Below are positions 16,134-24,287 of a stretch of DNA of 32,000 bases, in pieces. A program made the translations under genes and the position numbers. The notes below the pieces were generated by a model. That model saw only the letters and a list, made by a program, of their open reading frames with translations, was not told the DNA's origin and ran no database searches. Location: positions 597,295-629,294 of the forward strand of contig CATXID010000001.1 of assembly GCA_958369225.1 (NCBI GenBank), in the 5' to 3' direction. Every line of letters begins with the position of its first letter. The first letter of the stretch is position 1. Origin of the DNA: an uncultured Collinsella sp. (lineage in GTDB: Bacteria; Actinomycetota; Coriobacteriia; Coriobacteriales; Coriobacteriaceae).

Positions 16134-16973
16134 ATGGCGATCTATGTGACATCCGATGCTCACGGGCACGTGCGTGCGCTTGACGAGGCCCTGTCCAAGA
16201 TTTCGCTGGCGTCCGACGATACGCTGTACGTGCTGGGCGACATGATCGATCGCGGGCCCGATCCGGTTGGCGTTATTAAGCTCGTGCGCTCGCTGCCCAA
16301 CGCTCGCGTGCTCAAGGGCAATCACGAGCAGATCATGCTCGACGCCATCATTGGCCAAGATCCGCTCGATGCCGAGACATGGGATATCAACGGCGGTTGG
16401 ACTACCCGTCAGCAGCTCAACGATATGGAATTCGAGGCGTACGAGGAGCTCGTGCGTTGGATGGCGACGCTGCCGCTCTACGCAGTGGCCGAGACTGATG
16501 AGCGTCCGTACCTGCTGGTACATGCCGGCATCCAGACCGAGGCGGCGCGGGCGTTTTTGCTTGAACATGGGGTTGATTGTGCCGATGGTGCGGGGGCGGT
16601 GAATGCTGATCGCGAACTGCTGAAGCAGATGCTTGCCGTGCAGTCGTCCGATGACCTGCTGTGGATTCGTCACGGCTATTGGGATGCGCCGACGGGGTTG
16701 CTTTCTGCCGAGGGCAAGGGTCCGGTCGTGGTGAGCGGCCACACGCCAACGGTGTCGCTCGGGCGTTACTGCGAGGTAGGCGGCCTGGCGGGGCTCGACG
16801 AGGAGTCGGGGCGCGGACAGATTGTGCGCCTGGGCGGCGAGGATACCGCCGGCGTGCCCGATCGCATCGATATCGACTGCGCCGCCGCCACCGGCTCCGA
16901 GTTCGGCCGCGTGGGCATCCTGCGCCTGGATGATGGTGCGGAGTTCTACGCGAACATCAACCCGGGCGAATAA
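16134..16973 (+). CDS. Calcineurin-like metallophosphoesterase (Ser/Thr phosphatase / ApaH-PrpE-like)
   Basis: It has SDAHGH, LGDMIDRGPD and KGNHE, the canonical DxH...GDxxDRG...GNHE metallophosphatase motifs. SD GGGAGAGG precedes the ATG. Confidence 0.85.
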   Translation: MAIYVTSDAHGHVRALDEALSKISLASDDTLYVLGDMIDRGPDPVGVIKLVRSLPNARVLKGNHEQIMLDAIIGQDPLDAETWDINGGWTTRQQLNDMEFEAYEELVRWMATLPLYAVAETDERPYLLVHAGIQTEAARAFLLEHGVDCADGAGAVNADRELLKQMLAVQSSDDLLWIRHGYWDAPTGLLSAEGKGPVVVSGHTPTVSLGRYCEVGGLAGLDEESGRGQIVRLGGEDTAGVPDRIDIDCAAATGSEFGRVGILRLDDGAEFYANINPGE

Positions 16974-17101
16974 TCGGTGCAAAGGGTAGCTAATTTGGGA
17001 CGGGGCTTTTTTGGCTACTTTCGAAGAGTAGCGCCTTCTTGCTCGGTAAGCGCTAGAAATGAGGAGCGTCTGCGTCCTCGGCAGCGCGAAAATGCTCGAA
17101 A

Positions 17102-17146
17102 AACCGTCGCAACGGAGTCAAACGACGTCGCGACGGTTCTTTTTTG
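17102..17146 (+). terminator. Rho-independent terminator-like hairpin
   Basis: AACCGTCGC (17102-17110) pairs with GCGACGGTT (17130-17138) and is followed by CTTTTTT. Confidence 0.55.
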
Positions 17147-17158
17147 GCTGCCCGCTGG

Positions 17159-17281
17159 CTAAGTGAGTAGGCTTTTTTGGAAATGCCGAGCAGACGGCAA
17201 ATTTGCCTCAACAAAACCGCAGGTAACTGACTTGTATTTTGCCGGAGTGGTCAGGGATTCGGCAAAAGTCTACTCACTTAG
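17159..17281. repeat. 123-bp unit bounded by 12-bp perfect (18-bp near-perfect) inverted repeats; either a MITE-like element or a large structured RNA
   Basis: CTAAGTGAGTAG (17159-17170) pairs with CTACTCACTTAG (17270-17281). The arms extend with GCTTTT / AAAAGT with one mismatch. Internal hairpins include GCCGagcagaCGGC, GGCAAATTTGCC and TTTTGCCG...CGGCAAAA. Confidence 0.55.
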
Positions 17282-17361
17282 TTTTGCGTGATGCATATTG
17301 TCCGCAATGAGACCCCAGTCGGGGTGATTCCATCGTAAGTTAGCTGCCCCCATTGCACCAA

Positions 17362-18942
17362 TTAGACGCCGTATGGATTGCGGTCGCGTTCGATGCGTTG
17401 GCGGATGTGGGCGTACTCGATTATCAGCAACACCAGCAGTAGGGCCATGACCGCCAGGTAGCTCACCACGGCGCCCATCAGACCCAGCAGCTTAATCAGG
17501 ATCACCGGCAGCACCACGCTTACGGCGAAGCAGATCAGGTAGATCTTGGTGACATCGCCGGCGTGGCGCAACACCGTGATGATGGCGTAGATAAAGTCGA
17601 TTGCCGCGGTGACGCCGCCGGCGACAACCATTAGCAGTGCCAGCGTGCGGTAGCGCTCAAAGTTAAGACCGTACATAAAGCTCATGAGGGGAATGCCGGG
17701 GCCTGCCATAAATGCGGCGCACGCTCCGGTAATGACCACGATTAGTGCCATAACGGCAACAATAATCAGGTCAAAGCGGCGACGCTTACGCGGATTCGCC
17801 CAAATGCTCGACAGACGCAGAAGCTGCGGTTTATAGATAAATCCGATGCTCAGCAAAATAGCCTGCGCCGGAAAGAACAGGGCATTAAAGTACAGCTGAT
17901 ACTTGTAGGCCAGCGTGCCTTCCATCACGAACTTTGGCATGCTCTCGATAAGGTTGAACAGGAACAGCGCACCAAAGAGCGGGGCGCACTGGATAAATAG
18001 GTGACCAGCCTCGCGCAGACTCATGCGGCGTGATTTTTCGGTCTCGAGCAGGGCGAGAGGTGCGGTGACCAGCACGAGCGAGGCGATCGCGGTAACACCC
18101 ATGGCCATAGCCGCGATGGGCATGCTGCGCGTGAGGAACAGCGCCACGCTAAAGACTGCGATGACGCCGGCGGAACGCAGCGTTTGGCTCATGCCGGCCA
18201 AATAGAGCTTGTCGGCCTGCTGCAGGCGGCCCTCGTACACGTCCGCCACGCCGTCGATCACCTTATACAGGTAGACGCCCAAGCCGATCGTGGCCATCTG
18301 TGCATCGTAGCCGCGGGCGCTGCTGTATACCAGGCCGCATGCCAGCGCGAGCGCTCCGCAGAGCCAGCGGTTGAGCTGGTAGGAGGCGAAGGAGGTTTTT
18401 TCGTCGATGTCCGAGACCTGAAAGTTGCGCACGCCGTAGTTGCACGCGATCATGATGAGCGTGCCGGTGACAAAGGCGATGGAGAACTTGCCGGCTTCCT
18501 CGGCGCCCACAAGCTGCGTGGACACAATGGTGAGCAGGGGAAACGTGAAACCCCATACGGCGGTGCCCAGGGTATTCCAAAGGTAGTCGAGACGGGTGGC
18601 GTGATCTTCGTACTCGGCTTCTTGCGTGGAGAAGCCGCCGCCGTAGACAGCGCCGAGCAGGCGGTTCCACCATGCGTTAACCATGCGGTGGATGGGGCCG
18701 GGTTGGCGATCGCGCTCGCGGCGACGGCGTGTGGCCTGGCTGCTGTCGGGACCGCCGGCGTTACGCTGGCTTAGCTCTTGGATTCGTGCGAGCTCCTCGG
18801 CGGTGTGCGATGCGGGGAACAGGCCGTTCTCGATGCGTCCGCCCTGGGCCTTTGCGGTACCGCTGCTCGTTGCGGCGGGGTCGGCGACGCCATTACGGCG
18901 GGCGATGGTGCGGCGGATGCTATCGAGGGGCGTGATGCTCAA
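17362..18942 (-). CDS. Polytopic membrane protein, probably a Wzx/MOP-type oligosaccharide flippase, with a ~100-aa disordered basic N-terminal extension
   Basis: It has about 12 hydrophobic segments. The pattern NTLGTAVWGFTFPLLTIVSTQLVG...GKFSIAF is typical of polysaccharide flippases. The TTG start at 18942 has GAAAGGAA upstream. The function call is tentative. Confidence 0.6.
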   Translation of the reverse strand: MSITPLDSIRRTIARRNGVADPAATSSGTAKAQGGRIENGLFPASHTAEELARIQELSQRNAGGPDSSQATRRRRERDRQPGPIHRMVNAWWNRLLGAVYGGGFSTQEAEYEDHATRLDYLWNTLGTAVWGFTFPLLTIVSTQLVGAEEAGKFSIAFVTGTLIMIACNYGVRNFQVSDIDEKTSFASYQLNRWLCGALALACGLVYSSARGYDAQMATIGLGVYLYKVIDGVADVYEGRLQQADKLYLAGMSQTLRSAGVIAVFSVALFLTRSMPIAAMAMGVTAIASLVLVTAPLALLETEKSRRMSLREAGHLFIQCAPLFGALFLFNLIESMPKFVMEGTLAYKYQLYFNALFFPAQAILLSIGFIYKPQLLRLSSIWANPRKRRRFDLIIVAVMALIVVITGACAAFMAGPGIPLMSFMYGLNFERYRTLALLMVVAGGVTAAIDFIYAIITVLRHAGDVTKIYLICFAVSVVLPVILIKLLGLMGAVVSYLAVMALLLVLLIIEYAHIRQRIERDRNPYGV

Positions 18943-19293
18943 GGCGATTCCTTTCTATTGCTGCGCTCTAGTATAGCCGCGGTGGTATCGACTCGTGTTT
19001 TTGAACAGGTTGTTCAATATATTCGGCGGTGCCATTCAGTAGTCGGCACTTTAGGAACGTCCCTAAGTGCCGGCATCTGGGGACACTCCTTGAATGTTGC
19101 CTGCTCAAGAGTGTCCCCAACGACTAGTCGTTTAAGAACGTCCCCAATGACTAGGCCGCTTGCGTGCGATTTTTGACCGTTGGGCGGGCGCTTCGCCCTT
19201 GCCGCAAAAACGTTTTTGCATATCGGGTACAACGGGCTTTACGTGAGTAAAGTGCGCGCCGCGTCCACGTGTCGCGTTTTTAAAGGAGGCCCC

Positions 19294-20964
19294 ATGCCTG
19301 GTGTTACCCCTGCAGAAGTTCTATCCAACTTTGGCATTACGCTGGTCGAAGATCCCGCCGAGAACCAGCCCCGCCTGCTGGTCGACCTGCCGGCAGCCGA
19401 GCTCGTCGAGCATGCGATTCGCCGCGAAGAGGGCCGTATGGCCTCCAACGGCGCACTCGTGATCGAGACGGGGGAGCGTACCGGACGTTCGCCCAACGAC
19501 CGCTTTATCGTTGACACCCCCGATGTCCACGACAAGATTGCCTGGGGCGCCGTCAACCGCCCGCTGTCCGTCGAAAGCTACGAGGTCATCAAAGCCGGCA
19601 TCGTCGACTATCTCAACGAGCGCGATGTGTTCGTCACCCGCGGCATGGCCGGCGCCGACCGCAACCACACGCGCCGTCTGCTTGTCGCCTGCGAGCGTGC
19701 CAGCCAGGCGCTCTTCATTAAGCAGATGCTCGCCCGCCCGCTCGCCCGCGAAATCGCGCGCACCGGCGAGCCGGATTTCTGCGTGCTCGCCGCGCCGGGC
19801 TACCAGTGCGATCCCGCCATCAAGGGCCTCAACTCCAGCGCCGCCGTGGTCATCAACTTCCAGGAGCGAGTGATTCTGGTCGCTGGCACCGGCTACTCCG
19901 GCGAGATCAAAAAGTCCATCTTCAGCGTCATGAATTACCTGCTGCCCGTCGAGGACGACGTACTGCCCATGCATTGCTCGGCCAGCATGGATCCCGTCAC
20001 GCACGAGACCGCGGTGTTCTTTGGCCTGTCCGGCACCGGCAAGACCACGCTTTCGGCCAACCCCACGCGCCTGCTGATCGGCGACGACGAGCACGGCTGG
20101 TCCGACATGGGCATCTTTAACGTCGAGGGCGGCTGCTACGCCAAGTGCGAGGGCCTGGACGCGTTCCACGAGCCCGAGATCTTCAACGCCGTTCGCTTTG
20201 GCGCCATCTGTGAAAACGTGGTACTCGATGAGAATCGCAAGCCTAACTACGACGACGTCTCGATCACGCACAATACGCGCGTGGCCTACCCCGTCGAGCA
20301 TATCCCCAACGCGTGGACCAAGGGCATGGGCACCACCCCGAGCGTCGTGCTGTTTTTGACCTGCGACGCCTTTGGCGTGCTGCCGCCCATCTCGCGCCTG
20401 ACGGCCGACGCCGCCATGTATCACTTTGTGACGGGCTTTACGGCCAAGATTCCCGGCACCGAGGTCGGCGTCACCGAGCCCACACCCACGTTCTCTTCGC
20501 TGTTTGGCGAGCCGTTTATGCCGCTCGACCCCATGGTCTACGCTAAGATGCTCGGCGAGCGCATCGCCGACGGTCGCACCCGCGTCTATCTGGTCAACAC
20601 CGGCTGGATCGGCGGCGGTTATGGCGTGGGCCATCGCATCGAGCTTGCCTACACGCGCGCCCTGGTGGCCCGTGCCCTCGACGGTACCATCGAGGACAGC
20701 GAGTTCGTGCATGACGATATCTTTAACGTCGACATTCCCACCACGTGCCACGGTGTGCCCGACGGCATTCTGGTGCCGCGCCAGTACTGGCAGAGCACCG
20801 CTCGCTACGACGAGGCAGCGCACAACCTGGCCGTGATGTTCGAGGAGAACTTCGAGAAGAAGTACTCGCACCTGCCCGAGTCCGTCAAGGCCGCCGGCCC
20901 GCACGCCCAGGTGCCCGCTGAGGCCCGTCATCGCGGCCGCGGCCTGCTGGGACTCCGCCACTAG
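19294..20964 (+). CDS. pckA: Phosphoenolpyruvate carboxykinase (ATP)
   Basis: It has TGERTGRSPNDRFIV, the kinase-1a loop FFGLSGTGKTTLS, and LIGDDEHGW. SD AAAGGAGG lies 5 nt before ATG 19294. The ORF-track start at 19180 is an upstream extension. Confidence 0.95.
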   Translation: MPGVTPAEVLSNFGITLVEDPAENQPRLLVDLPAAELVEHAIRREEGRMASNGALVIETGERTGRSPNDRFIVDTPDVHDKIAWGAVNRPLSVESYEVIKAGIVDYLNERDVFVTRGMAGADRNHTRRLLVACERASQALFIKQMLARPLAREIARTGEPDFCVLAAPGYQCDPAIKGLNSSAAVVINFQERVILVAGTGYSGEIKKSIFSVMNYLLPVEDDVLPMHCSASMDPVTHETAVFFGLSGTGKTTLSANPTRLLIGDDEHGWSDMGIFNVEGGCYAKCEGLDAFHEPEIFNAVRFGAICENVVLDENRKPNYDDVSITHNTRVAYPVEHIPNAWTKGMGTTPSVVLFLTCDAFGVLPPISRLTADAAMYHFVTGFTAKIPGTEVGVTEPTPTFSSLFGEPFMPLDPMVYAKMLGERIADGRTRVYLVNTGWIGGGYGVGHRIELAYTRALVARALDGTIEDSEFVHDDIFNVDIPTTCHGVPDGILVPRQYWQSTARYDEAAHNLAVMFEENFEKKYSHLPESVKAAGPHAQVPAEARHRGRGLLGLRH

Positions 20965-20979
20965 CGTCGCCTCAGGCCC

Positions 20980-21020
20980 AAAACCACCACAAAGGGGACG
21001 GGCGCCTTTGTGGTGGTTTT
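20980..21020 (+). terminator. Conserved hairpin family, copy 1 (inverted loop orientation), acting as the pckA terminator
   Basis: AAAACCACCACAAAGG-GGACGGGCG-CCTTTGTGGTGGTTTT. The loop is approximately the reverse complement of the loop in copies 2-4. Confidence 0.8.
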
Positions 21021-21191
21021 ACTCACGCGAATGACTCGGGTTACAATACGCCTGACATATCGCCCCCTTCTCCGGATGGGGGCAGCGTAAGCGCTCTTGT
21101 GGCGGCACCGTAGGACTTTGAAGGTGGCCGCTGTGAGGGCGCTTTTTGTTTAGGCGTCCGGACTCGGGCGTCCGCTATGAAGGGAGAACAT

Positions 21192-21911
21192 ATGAAGAGT
21201 TTCGTTGCCGAGGATTCGTTTTGGGAGCTGTTTCCGCAGGCGGCTATCGGCGTCGTGGTCGTAAAGGGCATGAAGCCCGCGGCTCAGATTCCCCAGGAGG
21301 ACGTGGATGCAATCGCCGCGCTGCTTGACCGCGCCAACATCGATGCGGAGCGCCATCTGACCAGCGATACCATCAGCGAGAACGCGCCGGTCAAGGCATG
21401 GCGCGAGGCCTATCGCCTGTTCAAGACCAAGAAGGGCGCGCGTTGCTCAGTTGAGAACCTGCTCAAGCGCGTGCTCAAAGGCAAGCCGGTCGGCCACATC
21501 ACGCCGGCGGTGGATATCTACAACACGATTTCGTTGACTTATGCGCTGCCCGTTGGCGGTGAGGATTTGCATGCTATTGAGGGCAATCTGCGCCTGACGG
21601 TGACCGACGGCGGCGACGCGTTCTTGCCACTTGGCGAGGAGGCGGATGATCCGACGCTGCCCGACGAGCTTGCCTATATCGACGATGCAGGCGCCGTGTG
21701 CCGCTGCTGGAACTGGCGCGATGGCGTTCGCACGGCGCTGTCCGACGATTCGGCCGATGCGTTCCTGGCGATCGAGTGCGTAGAGCCCGAGCGCATGGGG
21801 GATTGCCAGGCTGCGATCGATCGCCTCGCTGAGCTGCTCGAGCGGTATTTGGGAGCGACGGTTGTCGTTAAGACGCTTGTGACCCGCGACAATCCTTGCG
21901 TGGAGTTGTAG
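21192..21911 (+). CDS. B3/B4 tRNA-binding-domain protein (PheT B3/4-like, COG3382-type)
   Basis: VKAWREAYRLFKTKKGARCSVENLLKRVLKGK...ITPAVDIYNTISLTYALPVGGEDL matches the B3_4 domain pattern. ATG 21192 has GAAGGGAG upstream; ATG 21177 is an alternative start. Confidence 0.75.
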   Translation: MKSFVAEDSFWELFPQAAIGVVVVKGMKPAAQIPQEDVDAIAALLDRANIDAERHLTSDTISENAPVKAWREAYRLFKTKKGARCSVENLLKRVLKGKPVGHITPAVDIYNTISLTYALPVGGEDLHAIEGNLRLTVTDGGDAFLPLGEEADDPTLPDELAYIDDAGAVCRCWNWRDGVRTALSDDSADAFLAIECVEPERMGDCQAAIDRLAELLERYLGATVVVKTLVTRDNPCVEL

Positions 21912-21936
21912 CAACGCCTAAAACTTATTGAGGTTC

Positions 21937-21977
21937 AAACCACCACAAAGGTGCCTGTCCCCTTTGTGGTGGTTTTT
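21937..21977 (+). terminator. Conserved hairpin family, copy 2
   Basis: AAACCACCACAAAGG-TGCCTGTCC-CCTTTGTGGTGGTTTTT lies 25 nt after the stop of the B3/4 gene. Confidence 0.8.
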
Positions 21978-22079
21978 ATGTTGATGGGTTAACAAATCGG
22001 ATATTTGGGTACGGGTGTTGCCTTGTGCGGCTAAGATGTTTACCCGTTAGCATCATGTAAGCGAAAGGCGGTCGTCATC

Positions 22080-22529
22080 ATGCAGCAGAACGACGAGACA
22101 CGTTTTGAGGACTTTGTCGGACTGATCAGCGGCCTCTACAAGGAGATTCAGCGCATCAAGACGTCCGAAGGCGCAAGGCTCGGCCTTAAGGGCTCCGATG
22201 TCATGTGCCTGTACTATCTTGAGCGCAGCAAGGACGGCCTGACTGGCGCCGACCTCGCCCGCATGGCCGGCGTTACCCGTGCCGCCGTTTCGCGCACACT
22301 GGCTCATCTGGAGGAGGGCGGCTACGTCGAGGTTGACGACTCGGGTGATGCGGCCGTCAAGTACCGTGCTCCGGTGCGCCTGACTGCTCTGGGCGGCGAG
22401 AGCATGAGCGAGGCCGATCGCATCATTCGCGATGTGCTCGATACCACCGGCAAGGCCATGGGCGTGGAGCAGCGCGAGCAGATGTATGAGTCGCTGCGCA
22501 CGATCCTCAGCACCCTGCGCGAGATTTAG
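22080..22529 (+). CDS. MarR-family transcriptional regulator
   Basis: It is 149 aa. The winged HTH LTGADLARMAGVTRAAVSRTLAHLEEGGYV is followed by a wing and a C-terminal dimerisation helix. It lies upstream of degV. Confidence 0.85.
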   Translation: MQQNDETRFEDFVGLISGLYKEIQRIKTSEGARLGLKGSDVMCLYYLERSKDGLTGADLARMAGVTRAAVSRTLAHLEEGGYVEVDDSGDAAVKYRAPVRLTALGGESMSEADRIIRDVLDTTGKAMGVEQREQMYESLRTILSTLREI

Positions 22530-22648
22530 AGCCGCGCTGGCACTATCTTTCAGCCAACAACTGCATCGTCCCGTTTGAGCGCGCACGCCGCGCCGTGACA
22601 TTGTTGTCAAAATTCCCTGCGCGAGACCTGCGCAAGAAAGGATTCGCT

Positions 22649-23503
22649 ATGTCCGTCCGCATTATTACCGATTCCGCCAGCGATATGTCTCCGGCGGAGC
22701 ACCCCGCTCTGCGTGTTCTGCCGCTGTCCGTCACCTTTGGCGCCGATGTGTACATGGATGGCGTCGACATCGATCACCAACGCTTTTACGAGATGCTCGT
22801 GGAGCGTGATGAGCTGCCCAAGACCGGTCAGGTCAATCCGTACGCCTTTTCGCAGGCGATTGCCGAGGTTCGTGAGGCCGGCGACGAGGCGGTGATTATT
22901 ACCGTGGGTGCCAAGCTTTCGGGCACCAACCAGAGTGCCCGTACCGCACTTGCCGAGGCGCCGGGCGGCGACGTGTATGTGGTGGATAGCAACAACGTCA
23001 CCCTGGGCGAGCGCGTGCTGGTCGAGTATGCGCTGCGCTTGGTGGACGAGGGCCAGGGCGCGGCTCAGGTTGCGGCGGCTGTCGAGGCCGTTCGCGACCG
23101 CGTGGTGGTCATCGGTTTGCTTGAGACGCTGGAGTACCTGGTGCGCGGAGGCCGCTTGTCTGCTGCGGCCGGCGCCGTGGGTACGCTACTCAACGTGAAG
23201 CCTGTTGTGGCCGCCGAGGATGGCCTGATCGTGCAACTGGGTAAGGCGCGCGGTTCCAAGAACGGTCGTAACCTGCTCAACCAGAAGGTCGAAAAGGCGG
23301 GCGGCATCGACTTTTCCATGCCGCTGGCGCTCGGCTATACGGGCCTTTCGGATGCGGTGCTCAAGAAGTATATCGAGGACAGTGCGGCGCTGTGGGCTGG
23401 CCATGCCGAGAGCGAGCTGCCCATCCACACCATTGGCGCCACTATCGGCACCCACGTGGGCCCCGGCGCCGTAGCCGTAGCCTTCTTCCGCCCCGCCAAC
23501 TAG
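22649..23503 (+). CDS. DegV-family fatty-acid-binding protein
   Basis: It has IITDSASDM, the LSGTNQSA block, LEYLVRGGR and IGTHVGPGAVAVAFF, all DegV hallmarks. ATG 22649 has AGAAAGGA upstream. Confidence 0.9.
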   Translation: MSVRIITDSASDMSPAEHPALRVLPLSVTFGADVYMDGVDIDHQRFYEMLVERDELPKTGQVNPYAFSQAIAEVREAGDEAVIITVGAKLSGTNQSARTALAEAPGGDVYVVDSNNVTLGERVLVEYALRLVDEGQGAAQVAAAVEAVRDRVVVIGLLETLEYLVRGGRLSAAAGAVGTLLNVKPVVAAEDGLIVQLGKARGSKNGRNLLNQKVEKAGGIDFSMPLALGYTGLSDAVLKKYIEDSAALWAGHAESELPIHTIGATIGTHVGPGAVAVAFFRPAN

Positions 23504-23513
23504 CTTTCCGGTC

Positions 23514-23553
23514 AAAACCACCACAAAGGTGCCTGTCCCCTTTTTGGTGGTTT
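23514..23553 (+). terminator. Conserved hairpin family, copy 3
   Basis: AAAACCACCACAAAGG-TGCCTGTCC-CCTTTTTGGTGGTTT has one stem mismatch and lies 10 nt after the degV stop. Confidence 0.8.
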
Positions 23554-23582
23554 ATGCTGGTTTGGGTTGAAGGGAGCGAGCA

Positions 23583-23903
23583 ATGGCGTCTGAGGGCTTT
23601 TTTGAGCGGGTGTACGAGGTGGTCGAGCAGATCCCCGAAGGGATGGTCGCCACGTACGGCCAGGTGGCGCTGCTCGCCGGTCGTCCACGAAGTGCGCGGT
23701 ACGTGGGGTATGCCCTGCATAGCAATCCGCGCCCTGGTCAGATTCCCTGCCATCGTGTGGTGTTTGCCGATGGCCGCATTTGCGAGGGCTTTGCTTTTGG
23801 CGGTCCCGATGCTCAGCGCGAACTTTTGCTGGGGGAGGGCGTGACGTTTAAGGACGACATGCACGTCGACTTGGCCGTCTGTCGCTGGCCAGCAGGGCTC
23901 TAG
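23583..23903 (+). CDS. MGMT/Ogt-family DNA-binding domain protein (methylated-DNA-protein-cysteine methyltransferase C-terminal domain only)
   Basis: It is 106 aa. It has IPEGMVATYGQVA and the active-site-type motif IPCHRVV. SD GAAGGGAG is present. Confidence 0.85.
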   Translation: MASEGFFERVYEVVEQIPEGMVATYGQVALLAGRPRSARYVGYALHSNPRPGQIPCHRVVFADGRICEGFAFGGPDAQRELLLGEGVTFKDDMHVDLAVCRWPAGL

Positions 23904-23919
23904 CGGCTCCGCCGTGGCC

Positions 23920-23960
23920 AAAACCACCACAAAGGTGCCTGTCCCCTTTGTTGTGGTTTT
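23920..23960 (+). terminator. Conserved hairpin family, copy 4
   Basis: AAAACCACCACAAAGG-TGCCTGTCC-CCTTTGTTGTGGTTTT has one stem mismatch and lies 16 nt after the MGMT-like stop. Confidence 0.8.
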
Positions 23961-24137
23961 AGTTTACCGGGGTTAACTTATGGAGAAGGTGTGACGGCGT
24001 ATTTTGCCGTTAGAAAGTAAACCACGGTGAACTATATTGTTTTCAGCAACGGAGCAGGCAATAGGCGATGAAAAAGCCTGCCCTGTTGAGTTTGATTCGC
24101 ATTCCTCCCCTCTGTGCGATTCAACGGTGTACTTCGG

Positions 24138-24177
24138 GAACAGGCCCGCTGGCAACTAACTGCCAGCGGGCCTGTTC
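24138..24177. other. Perfect 17-bp stem hairpin in an orphan intergenic region
   Basis: GAACAGGCCCGCTGGCA-actaac-TGCCAGCGGGCCTGTTC is followed on the + strand by CTGTTTGT. No annotated + strand gene ends here. Confidence 0.6.
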
Positions 24178-24225
24178 CTGTTTGTCGGGGGAGTGCGATG
24201 GACGGAGCCGAACCGGTCGGGTAAC

Positions 24226-24252
24226 AAAAAAGCGGACGCCGTAGCGCCCGCT
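24226..24252 (-). terminator. trpS rho-independent terminator
   Basis: On the minus strand it reads AGCGGGCGC-tacg-GCGTCCGCT followed by TTTTTT. It begins 35 nt after the trpS stop. Confidence 0.65.
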
Positions 24253-24287
24253 CTAAAGCAATCGAAAGCTCAAGCCAGCAGATCGGT

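Noticed and set aside
16977-17162. 61-aa ORF in the convergent intergenic region.
   Set aside because: It has no SD, an Arg-rich composition, and overlaps two terminator-like hairpins. I treated the region as non-coding.
19321-20961. 546-aa ORF on the minus strand. Similar long antisense ORFs occur at 24366-25403(+), 26971-28119(-), 29270-30223(-), 16074-16982(-), 12045-13082(-), 8061-9158(-), 5148-6029(-), 10434-11306(-), 30938-31747(-) and 30224-30928(-).
   Set aside because: Each lies exactly antisense to, or frame-shifted within, a gene with unmistakable conserved motifs (pckA, trpS, radical SAM, pncB, phosphoesterase, pglZ, ParB-like, pglX-C, SNF2, proB). Their translations are Arg/Gly/Ala/His/Leu-rich with no recognisable domain. 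They are typical shadow ORFs of GC-rich DNA.
20980-23960. The repeated hairpins might be a CRISPR array.
   Set aside because: The repeats are 0.4-1.6 kb apart and are separated by complete conserved genes, not by 30-40-nt spacers. Each copy is itself a palindrome with a T-tract at a gene end. No cas genes are present in the window.
24068-24241. 57-aa Cys-rich small ORF (MKKPALLSLIRIPPLCAIQRCTSGTGPLATNCQRACSCLSGECDG...) that could be a secreted or RiPP-like peptide.
   Set aside because: GGAG is 13 nt from the ATG, which is poor spacing. The ORF runs straight through a perfect 17-bp hairpin and into the trpS terminator. No modifying enzyme or transporter is adjacent. It is more likely non-coding.
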